Source: a virus | Lineage: Duplodnaviria; Caudoviricetes | Length of the DNA stretch: 30,114 nt | Direction: 5' to 3' (one strand) | Virus record (IMG/VR): IMGVR_UViG_3300044723_007681 | Location: 1-30,114 of that record | Part shown: positions 8,952-16,129 of the stretch, in pieces | Layout of the letters: every line of letters starts with the position of its first letter | Numbering within the stretch: the stretch's first letter is position 1 | Notes under the pieces: model-generated | The model's input: only the letters and a program-made list of their open reading frames with translations | The model's database searches: none | What the model was told of the DNA's origin: nothing | Position numbers and translations under genes: made by a program

Positions 8952-9754
8952 TATCCAGTCATACCCTTTGGTGCAATTTTCTCACAAACGAGCTGAGCTA
9001 CAATTGGTGAGATTACACTACCAACAAAGATACCAACACCCGCTGGTGTAGCAAGGCTTACACTTAACACTGCTGGATTACACGTTGCAATCACATTCAC
9101 AATTACATTGTTTAGTGTCTGTTTGTTACAATTACCTTTAACACCTGGAATCAACCAGATGCTCTCTGTAATTAAGTGACCAACCGCAGTTGCCATTGCA
9201 GCATTTGTTCCCTTTGAAACAATGTAACCAAGATATGTTGCACTGATTGCTGTGCTTGTAACAGTACCAGGTTCTGCTGGATCTGGCTTTGGAGTAAAGT
9301 ACATTACACAACCCGTTGTTAATGCTAGATTCAATCCAACATAACAAGCATTTGCATCAATCCATTCCCAGGCTTCTGTGGCTACATGCTCAACAGCTTC
9401 TACACCATGACTCACCGCATCGCAAGCTGCCTTTGAACCACTTTTCCATTCGTCAGAAGCAACGTCAAAACCCTGTTTGGCATATTCACTAGCTTGCGCT
9501 GCACAGGTATCAGCAGTATACTGTACTGCCTTGCTTGTATCATTCACAAGATCATTGACAAAGTTTGCAGTCTCATTAGCTGCATCGGTTACTGTGTCAG
9601 CTACTTGATTAGCTGCATCAGTTACCGTATCTGCTACTTGATTAGCTGCATCAACTGTTCCATCTACAATCTTATTTCCAACATCTTCAATTGGTTTTAC
9701 GATTGCATCGCCTAGATCAGTCCATGATGATTTCTTAAATGGATTCCATCCCAT
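8951..9754 (-). CDS. Putative lipid/membrane-associated protein with 11-mer amphipathic repeats and a Cys-containing hydrophobic C-terminal domain
   Basis: (T/V)DAANQVADTV repeats and hydrophobic C-terminal segments. Start overlaps the lipase 3' end. Confidence 0.75.
   Translation of the reverse strand: MGWNPFKKSSWTDLGDAIVKPIEDVGNKIVDGTVDAANQVADTVTDAANQVADTVTDAANETANFVNDLVNDTSKAVQYTADTCAAQASEYAKQGFDVASDEWKSGSKAACDAVSHGVEAVEHVATEAWEWIDANACYVGLNLALTTGCVMYFTPKPDPAEPGTVTSTAISATYLGYIVSKGTNAAMATAVGHLITESIWLIPGVKGNCNKQTLNNVIVNVIATCNPAVLSVSLATPAGVGIFVGSVISPIVAQLVCEKIAPKGMTG
9575..9653. repeat. 33-bp tandem repeat, about 2.4 copies, in frame
   Basis: attagctgcatcggttactgtgtcagctacttg / attagctgcatcagttaccgtatctgctacttg / attagctgcatca; differences between the two full copies are at synonymous positions. 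Confidence 0.85.
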
Positions 9755-10541
9755 TGTTTAATTCCTTCCATTGGTTATACGTATAAGTCACGTAATTTGA
9801 AATACTATGATCAGTTAAACTATCAAAAAATTGAAACTTTTTAAAAGCTGCAACATGACCTCTAAATTTGTCTTTTATTCTTTGCCAGGCTGTACAGTCT
9901 CTGACATTTCCATAATGATTGATGTATTTTAACCAACCAGTATGTCTAAATCCCAAAAATGATGGTGGTACTGTTGGTACTGCATCATTATTATTCACTA
10001 CTCTACAATGAAATGGTTCGTAATTTTTTACAAATTCTTTTGTACCAGATCTAGGCGCTCCATATGTATACACACTCGGACAATTCTGAGGTCTGCATGC
10101 TTGTGCATATAACACTGCCATGGCGCCACCAAGAGAATGACCTGCTACGTAAACATCTTTTTTTGTGTCATATACATGCTTAGCAAGATGATCGTATAAC
10201 TTCCAAACTTCTTGCATAAATCCTCTATGCACTCTACCATAACCTCTATGCCATGTCTTTCTAAAACTTAAATCAGCTTTGATATCATTCCAAGACTTTG
10301 GTTCTGTACCTCTAAACACAACAAAAATCTTCTTACGATCCTCTAGGACATAACACTCAGCACCTTCTTCTTCATAGAAAGATATCTTCATATTTAAAGG
10401 TTCTAACAACTTTTCGGCTTGATCTGGGTCTTTATATGCAATTGCACTTAATGCTGCAAAGAAAAATGTTCTGTAGCTTCTACAACTCCAATGCTCAGAT
10501 ACACTACCAGAATTTAAGTCTCTCAAGTACTCCACTGTCAT
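9735..10541 (-). CDS. Class 3 lipase (alpha/beta hydrolase)
   Basis: VVFRGT, VHRGF, nucleophile elbow AGHSLGGA, YTYGAPR, NNNDAVP (Asp), TDHS (His). Likely start is ATG 10541 rather than 10649. Confidence 0.9.
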   Translation of the reverse strand: MTVEYLRDLNSGSVSEHWSCRSYRTFFFAALSAIAYKDPDQAEKLLEPLNMKISFYEEEGAECYVLEDRKKIFVVFRGTEPKSWNDIKADLSFRKTWHRGYGRVHRGFMQEVWKLYDHLAKHVYDTKKDVYVAGHSLGGAMAVLYAQACRPQNCPSVYTYGAPRSGTKEFVKNYEPFHCRVVNNNDAVPTVPPSFLGFRHTGWLKYINHYGNVRDCTAWQRIKDKFRGHVAAFKKFQFFDSLTDHSISNYVTYTYNQWKELNNGMESI

Positions 10542-10968
10542 TTTTTTCAGTCCTTTGTGCAGTTGCTTCTTTTTGTTTTTTGTCTTGATCATTATTAAAC
10601 TGCTCAATAGTTTCAGCTTGACGCTTCTGGTATTTATTATATGCTTCAATCATTAATCTTTGTTGTTCTATCACGGTCAGTATTTTTGTCATGTTTACTG
10701 ACAAATTCTCATATCCCTTATCAGTCAGGCCCATTAACACTGGATCATATTTTTTCTTTTCCAATTCTTTCCAAACATCTTCTTGGTTCTTTTCAGTAAT
10801 AACAAACCAATCAACAGGGTCTAGTTTAAGTGTATCAACCTTTGGAAGGTTTAGTTGTACTTGATTGACAGGACTATATTTTATTTCAATTGGTTTGACA
10901 CTACTGCACCCTGTTAGGATTAGCAATGCTAGGGCAGCTATTGTTAAGCTGACTTGGCTTCGTTGCAT
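10504..10968 (-). CDS. Outer-membrane lipoprotein, probable o-spanin (Rz1-like)
   Basis: Lipobox LILTG-C after a hydrophobic signal, Pro-containing segment. Overlaps the 3' end of the i-spanin gene by 68 nt. Confidence 0.75.
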   Translation of the reverse strand: MQRSQVSLTIAALALLILTGCSSVKPIEIKYSPVNQVQLNLPKVDTLKLDPVDWFVITEKNQEDVWKELEKKKYDPVLMGLTDKGYENLSVNMTKILTVIEQQRLMIEAYNKYQKRQAETIEQFNNDQDKKQKEATAQRTEKNDSGVLERLKFW

Positions 10969-11383
10969 TGTTTTCTTTCTCCGTCAGTTTAGCACCTGTT
11001 GCAATTTCAAAACATCTTAATTTTTCCATAGTGCCCTTATTTAATATTTTTTGAATCGAATCTGGTTTGCTTGCCGCCATCTTGCCAATATCTCTAGAAC
11101 CAAGAAGTTTACTTACTTTATTAAATTTGGTCCTTTCATCATCAATCTGTTTCTTAAATTCTTTTACTTGATTTTGCAATGACTCAGCTAAACTCTGAGC
11201 TAATTGTATATCACCTTCAAGATTTTTGATTGTTTCTTTTTGTAAGTTAGTGGCTTGTTCTAGTTTAGCATTATTCTGATTGAGAATTGCCATCTTTTCT
11301 TGTGTGTCAGTATAATACCAATAACCAATACCACCCATTGATATCATTATAATTAACATCACACCTGCTAACTTTAAACCCAT
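10901..11383 (-). CDS. Probable i-spanin (Rz-like)
   Basis: N-terminal TM helix, long periplasmic coiled coil, two C-terminal Cys, AGGAG SD; overlapping lipoprotein partner downstream. Confidence 0.75.
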   Translation of the reverse strand: MGLKLAGVMLIIMISMGGIGYWYYTDTQEKMAILNQNNAKLEQATNLQKETIKNLEGDIQLAQSLAESLQNQVKEFKKQIDDERTKFNKVSKLLGSRDIGKMAASKPDSIQKILNKGTMEKLRCFEIATGAKLTEKENNATKPSQLNNSCPSIANPNRVQ

Positions 11384-11392
11384 TTTAATCTC

Positions 11393-11872
11393 CTATTTAC
11401 TCATGTTATTTAGAGGATTCTCCAGAGCCTTCTTTATCTTTTGATCAAGTTCTTTTTTTATCTCTTTTATTTCTCGTTGAAACTCTCTACTATCTTCTTT
11501 GACTCTCTGCTCCGTATCCTCAACGATCTTTTCAATACGACGAATATCTGTCTTCATATCAACTTTGAGATCACGGTTTACACCACCAATAAGTTTCACC
11601 TCACTCTTAACGATTTCCATCTCTTCCTTAAAGACGTTCAGTGTATCTCCTATCTTACTTTCCATCACAGAAATGCGCTTATCAAAACCTGATAGATCAG
11701 GCGCTGTATAGTTTGTTATTGCATCCTTCATATCCATATAGTCTCTATGAAACTCAAATGCTCCATATAGACCACCTCCGAGGGTACTCAGTGCTGTAAT
11801 AATAACGAATATCTTTCCACCTCGAAATTTAACCCCGGCAAACTCTACTTCTGTTTTGCCGTCGTCTGACAT
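11393..11872 (-). CDS. Membrane-anchored coiled-coil protein
   Basis: TM segment IFVIITALSTLGGGLYGAF followed by a long heptad helix. Confidence 0.75.
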   Translation of the reverse strand: MSDDGKTEVEFAGVKFRGGKIFVIITALSTLGGGLYGAFEFHRDYMDMKDAITNYTAPDLSGFDKRISVMESKIGDTLNVFKEEMEIVKSEVKLIGGVNRDLKVDMKTDIRRIEKIVEDTEQRVKEDSREFQREIKEIKKELDQKIKKALENPLNNMSK

Positions 11873-12034
11873 TTATTTTTTCTCCTGCAACTTGTTTACA
11901 AGTTCAAAAAGTGTTTTTATCTTTTCACTCTGTATCTCTATTGCATAGTGCATCTTTGCTAACACAATAACCAATGTTACAAACCCAACTGCAATTGGCC
12001 AAGTTGCTCCAATAATCGCCGTAATTTGTTCCAT
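11873..12034 (-). CDS. Small single-TM protein (53 aa; holin-like candidate)
   Basis: Read manually: MEQITAIIGATWPIAVGFVTLVIVLAKMHYAIEIQSEKIKTLFELVNKLQEKK*. Fills the gap exactly; missing from the ORF track. Confidence 0.75.
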   Translation of the reverse strand: MEQITAIIGATWPIAVGFVTLVIVLAKMHYAIEIQSEKIKTLFELVNKLQEKK

Positions 12035-12035
12035 A

Positions 12036-13649
12036 TTACTTTCCGTACTGAGAGTTGACTAAGCTGTTCATTACAACATCACTCCCACCAAACATGAAAT
12101 ACTGCGCCATGTTGTTATTGGTAATTGCTTGGTTATCATATACCGTGGTTGACTGATACCAAGACGAATTGTCTTGTAGCACTGGCTGATTTGCAGTAAT
12201 ATCTGCAGAGACTAAGTTCATCAATGCTACCTGTGTGGCTTGATCTTGAGCTGAGTCTCCTAAACGAGCAACGATACTCTGTACGATCTTTTGGGCCATT
12301 TCTCGTTTTGCTTCGGCTTTTGTTTTTGGCTCAGTCTTTGTGTCAGACTTTGATTCTGACTTTGTTTCTGATTTGGGTTCTGACTTTGGCTCACTGGTTC
12401 CACTTTCCGCCTTGTCCTCAGAAGATTCATTTGAGCTTGCACTTGCTGGTTCGGGGCTATCGGATACATTTTCTGTCACCTCTGCTACTTGTGTTTCGAC
12501 TTCAGCTTCTACTGATTCAACTGTTTCAGCAATTGTTTCAACAGTACCAGCATCATTCATATCTGCTATTGGCTCAACGGTTATTTCCATGTTAGAATCA
12601 ACTGTCACTTCAAATGATTCCATACCACCCATGCTATCTGTCACTTGAACTTCAAAGACCTCAATCGGAGCAATCTCCATTTCCATCTCTACGGTCTCAA
12701 CTGTGGGCTCAGATAAGTCAAGTATTTCTGATGTTGTTGAAGCACTGTCCGTAAGAGTGTCTATTGCTGTTGCTACCAACTCTTCTGTGATTGTAGTAAT
12801 TTGAGAAACGATAAGCTGTGTTTGATTAAAAGTTGTTTCAATTAGTGTATTATCAAACGTGGGTCCAAAGTTACCTTCATAAAACCCTTGATCCATACCA
12901 AACAACTCGAGTGTAGCAAATGCGCTGGTATAATTATTTTCTTCAATAGTTTGTGTAAAGAAGAACTTTTGGTACCCAGAAAAGTTTATATCGTCAAATA
13001 CGTGTTCAAACTTATGAAGCAGTGTACCATTTGAATCTGTAATACCTAGTGTGATAGAAAATTGGTCTTTGCAGTCTGATTGGAACCCAGTCTCACTACA
13101 GAGTGGAACATCCAGATTTGAACTATCGGAACCAACATCAGCACCATATTTAATTGTGAATCCTTGATTGATCTCACTCTGTGTCATTTTATCAAATAGA
13201 TTTACTGTTTGTGCCGCCGTACCGCCACTTGTACTCTGGTTGCCAGTTTGAAGACAATTTCCTCCAGCTGGCCCACACGTGTCACCAACTACAACACTAC
13301 CACTCGTATTCCAATTAGGAGCTGTCGTTGTGTTTGTGCTTGCTTCGAATCCTGGATTTTTTACGAAGTTGCTTGTTGTCACAGATTTTGTTTGTTCTGT
13401 AGTAACTTCTTCTATTGTTGTGGTCGTATGAACTTCTAGTCCACCACCTAGACTCTCGACTGTTGTTTCTTCTGATACGATAGTTCCGCCGTTTGGGCCT
13501 ACATCCTGTGCATTAGAATAATAGGGGTATGCCAAGACAAGCAATACCACTAGTGAAAAAACAACCAACACCCAAGACAACAACACCGGCTGCGACCGTT
13601 GATGGTCTGTGGTCTGTAATTTCATGATTGTCGGAATCAATATAGTCAT
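12036..13649 (-). CDS. Large exported or membrane-anchored protein (beta-rich domain, acidic linker, helical C-terminus)
   Basis: Hydrophobic signal or TM ending YSNA-QD; NPGFE...WNTSG resembles the start of a carbohydrate-binding-like jelly roll; 4 Cys; E/T/S-rich linker with KSEP/KSET repeats. Start codon uncertain. Confidence 0.75.
   Translation of the reverse strand: MTILIPTIMKLQTTDHQRSQPVLLSWVLVVFSLVVLLVLAYPYYSNAQDVGPNGGTIVSEETTVESLGGGLEVHTTTTIEEVTTEQTKSVTTSNFVKNPGFEASTNTTTAPNWNTSGSVVVGDTCGPAGGNCLQTGNQSTSGGTAAQTVNLFDKMTQSEINQGFTIKYGADVGSDSSNLDVPLCSETGFQSDCKDQFSITLGITDSNGTLLHKFEHVFDDINFSGYQKFFFTQTIEENNYTSAFATLELFGMDQGFYEGNFGPTFDNTLIETTFNQTQLIVSQITTITEELVATAIDTLTDSASTTSEILDLSEPTVETVEMEMEIAPIEVFEVQVTDSMGGMESFEVTVDSNMEITVEPIADMNDAGTVETIAETVESVEAEVETQVAEVTENVSDSPEPASASSNESSEDKAESGTSEPKSEPKSETKSESKSDTKTEPKTKAEAKREMAQKIVQSIVARLGDSAQDQATQVALMNLVSADITANQPVLQDNSSWYQSTTVYDNQAITNNNMAQYFMFGGSDVVMNSLVNSQYGK
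12320..12395. repeat. Degenerate 12-bp coding repeat (KSEP-KSET-KSES-KSDT-KTEP)
   Basis: Plus strand ctttgattctga/ctttgtttctga/tttgggttctga with 12-nt periodicity. Confidence 0.65.
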
Positions 13650-13652
13650 CTT

Positions 13653-14171
13653 CTAATTGTCCTCGGCTGGAAAAGGGTAGTCATCGTTTTTTCTATCCTC
13701 CGAGCCACCCATTGACCTTTCAGATACCATTAATTTAGAGCCAGATGGAATGTCCTGAGGATTGTTTCTCCACTGATCTAATGCTTTGTCACCAATAGCA
13801 CCTTTATATGGACAAGGTGTTCCAGCCATTATCATTGCGTCAAAAACTCTCGCATCTTGACACATTGCTGATACTGCAGCAACTTTCATTCCCATTCCAA
13901 ACAAGGAACGTGCTAGCTTTAATCTCTCACAATTTTCATCTGTGATTGTTACACCAGATGCAATACCTAATATTTGTGTTTGTACACCAGCACTAAAAGC
14001 ACTTTTACATACGTCATTGTTGTTTACAACAATCGAAGGAGCCGATGCAGTTGGTGGTGTTTTATCTACTGTCACCGTACCGCTTGATACAGTAGAAACA
14101 GTGTTGGTTTGAGCAATGGCCTGTTGCACACTAAGAAACATAACGATTAAGGCCAACAATATCTTCTTCAT
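13653..14171 (-). CDS. Secreted Cys-containing hypothetical protein
   Basis: From ATG 14171 it has a classical signal peptide MKKILLALIVMFLSVQQAIA-Q, then TPPTASAP and 4 Cys (DVC, ENC, MCQD, TPCP). Confidence 0.8.
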   Translation of the reverse strand: MKKILLALIVMFLSVQQAIAQTNTVSTVSSGTVTVDKTPPTASAPSIVVNNNDVCKSAFSAGVQTQILGIASGVTITDENCERLKLARSLFGMGMKVAAVSAMCQDARVFDAMIMAGTPCPYKGAIGDKALDQWRNNPQDIPSGSKLMVSERSMGGSEDRKNDDYPFPAEDN

Positions 14172-14181
14172 TGCTGAATCC

Positions 14182-14451
14182 TTATCGTTGGAAGATGTTA
14201 TACTTTCTTTTTTTCTTTGCCCAATGGACTTGGTTATCGCCAGTGCCAACTACAGCAGAGCCAGTTGCATTAGTCGGTGCTTCTTCATTAGTATTTCGTA
14301 AATTTCTATCTAAATTCTTCTTTGCAGACAATTCTTTTGTCTTTAGGCGGGGCGATTTATTATCTTTTGGATCTTTTCGATCAAAGGCCCTTTGTTGAAA
14401 TCCCGAAGGTTTATAATTAACTCTTTCTGTAAATTGTTTAAAGTTCAGCAC
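14182..14451 (-). CDS. Hypothetical basic protein
   Basis: 89 aa; FKQFTE start and NEEAPTN internal motif, the same type of motif seen in the modular late proteins. Confidence 0.65.
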   Translation of the reverse strand: MLNFKQFTERVNYKPSGFQQRAFDRKDPKDNKSPRLKTKELSAKKNLDRNLRNTNEEAPTNATGSAVVGTGDNQVHWAKKKRKYNIFQR

Positions 14452-14830
14452 TGATTGACCTTAGCCTCTCTACTATTTTAATATCCAATGGGATATCAGT
14501 CGTATTAATAACAATACTATTTATCATTAGGCGGTCCGGAAGAATATTTAAAAATATAAGAAAAGGTTTCAAAAGTGAGGTATACTCTGGAAGTTTAACA
14601 AATAATAAATGAACAGCTATTTGTGGGCCAAATACGTTTGTTAATACAACAATGTGATTGAGAATCAATCTTTCTTTAAGGTCACCAGTATCTAGGTACT
14701 TGTTAAACAATCTCTTAATATATTTAAACTTATTAAGATCATCATAAAATTCATCTGTTGATGTACACTGTGGATTATCATAATATTTAGCAGCTACAAG
14801 AACAAAATTATCTTCACTTATATTATCCAT
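14438..14830 (-). CDS. Conserved hypothetical T4-like phage protein
   Basis: YDNPQC...EFYDDL..FKYIKRL...RLILNHI pattern, recalled from marine T4-like phages. Confidence 0.8.
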   Translation of the reverse strand: MDNISEDNFVLVAAKYYDNPQCTSTDEFYDDLNKFKYIKRLFNKYLDTGDLKERLILNHIVVLTNVFGPQIAVHLLFVKLPEYTSLLKPFLIFLNILPDRLMINSIVINTTDIPLDIKIVERLRSISAEL

Positions 14831-15147
14831 TAGAATGTGCTAATCGCAACCCTCTTTATAGTATTGGCCGCTGTAGCTACATAAATGAAATCACCATCCG
14901 ACCAAATCTGGCCCGCAGAGATGCCTTCAGCAAATCCGGGGCCAGCGTTGGCGGGAGTGGATGTATTACTAATGTGTAATTTATCAACGGTTGTATTAGC
15001 AAAGACCACGTTGGCTGTGATGTTACTAAAGAAAGTGTTAACAGTCACCTTCTGGGTGTTGGCTGTCCCTGATGTGTTTGAAACAAGGACAAGGACATCT
15101 GAATTAGCAGGGGCACTACCAGCACCCAGACCAGTGATCTTTGGCAT
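14830..15147 (-). CDS. Probable virion structural / fibre-associated protein
   Basis: KIT-L start and C-terminal GQIWSDGDFIYVATAANTIKRVAISTF, typical of short fibre modules. Confidence 0.65.
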   Translation of the reverse strand: MPKITGLGAGSAPANSDVLVLVSNTSGTANTQKVTVNTFFSNITANVVFANTTVDKLHISNTSTPANAGPGFAEGISAGQIWSDGDFIYVATAANTIKRVAISTF

Positions 15148-15163
15148 ACTATTCTCCTAAATC

Positions 15164-15979
15164 TTAGGAATCGGGTAGAATTGTATCGTCAGAACCATCT
15201 GTACCGATACCACCAGCAACGAGAACTTCGTTGTGGACTCGACCAGCACGACCACCTGAACCAACAGTTCTTAGAACAAAACCAGTATGTGCAACACCTT
15301 TGTTTGCACCACCACCAACTACTGCTACTGCAGTTGCAGTTTCACCAGTAAGAGTGTGACCAGTTTCTGATACACTAGCTGTAAGATTGATGTTTGCTCC
15401 ACCTGGGCTAGCAGCAAGTGCAATCACAGTTGAATTTGCAAACGAAACGTAGTAAGTCGTTCCACTTACTAATCCACCAACAGCAGTGTTACCTGCAGCT
15501 ACTGCATATGTTGCAGCGTCATCAACTGCCCATGTAGGCGCATCAGTCAATGTAATTGTTTCAGCTGTGTTTGAAACAGCAGTTAAAGCATTAAATGATT
15601 GTGCAGCTGGTGCAGCAATTGTTACTGCTGGAGCTGTTACGTAGTCATCTCCTGCTGCAGTGATATGGACCGTTATAACACGACCAGATGAGTTAACTTG
15701 AGCATTTGCCTCACCAGAACCAGCAACGGTTACTGTAGCATTTGCATTGTATCCTGAACCTGTATCAGTGATGATCATTTGGGCAACCCCACCATCACCA
15801 ACACCAATTTCTGTGGCATCTACACCAAACACTCCAATAGTTGCACCAGAAATAAAAGCATCAGGTGTAACATTTCCAAACAGAGCATCTCTGTTATCAG
15901 TGTTAGCTGTTACTTTAACTTGCTGGGCAAAGTGTACTGAGGTGTTCGTTGCAGCATCCGAACTACCATATAGTGACAT
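15164..15979 (-). CDS. Probable virion structural protein (A/T/G/V-rich beta protein)
   Basis: GSGY and AGDDY turns, GLVSGTTYYV motif, GRAGRVHNEVLVA C-terminus. Confidence 0.7.
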   Translation of the reverse strand: MSLYGSSDAATNTSVHFAQQVKVTANTDNRDALFGNVTPDAFISGATIGVFGVDATEIGVGDGGVAQMIITDTGSGYNANATVTVAGSGEANAQVNSSGRVITVHITAAGDDYVTAPAVTIAAPAAQSFNALTAVSNTAETITLTDAPTWAVDDAATYAVAAGNTAVGGLVSGTTYYVSFANSTVIALAASPGGANINLTASVSETGHTLTGETATAVAVVGGGANKGVAHTGFVLRTVGSGGRAGRVHNEVLVAGGIGTDGSDDTILPDS

Positions 15980-16129
15980 TTATCCTTCTCCTTGTGTTAC
16001 TGTCTTTATATAATCAGACGTTTTTAAAAACTTTAGTCTACCGTATTTATCAGTTAGTCTACTTGCATCATCTTCGTGTTTCACGGCAATTTTTTTCTTA
16101 ACTGGTTTCTTTCTTGGTTTTCTTGCCAT
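15980..16129 (-). CDS. Small basic protein (49 aa)
   Basis: Read manually: MARKPRKKPVKKKIAVKHEDDASRLTDKYGRLKFLKTSDYIKTVTQGEG*. Coupled to both neighbours; missing from the ORF track. Confidence 0.6.
   Translation of the reverse strand: MARKPRKKPVKKKIAVKHEDDASRLTDKYGRLKFLKTSDYIKTVTQGEG
16044..16051 (-). promoter_or_regulatory. Possible late promoter (GATAAATA)
   Basis: 7/8 match, about 65 nt upstream of the 15979 start; lies inside the 49 aa ORF. Confidence 0.35.

Noticed and set aside
9575-9653. 33-bp repeats as a possible mini CRISPR array
   Set aside because: The copies are directly adjacent with no spacers, are in frame, and vary at synonymous positions; no cas genes are present.
10542-10649. 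N-terminal extension of the lipase ORF
   Set aside because: It begins at TTG deep inside the o-spanin gene and looks like off-frame sequence; ATG 10541 is more plausible.
14172-14249. N-terminal extension of the 198 aa ORF
   Set aside because: It overlaps the upstream gene, and a clean signal peptide begins at ATG 14171.
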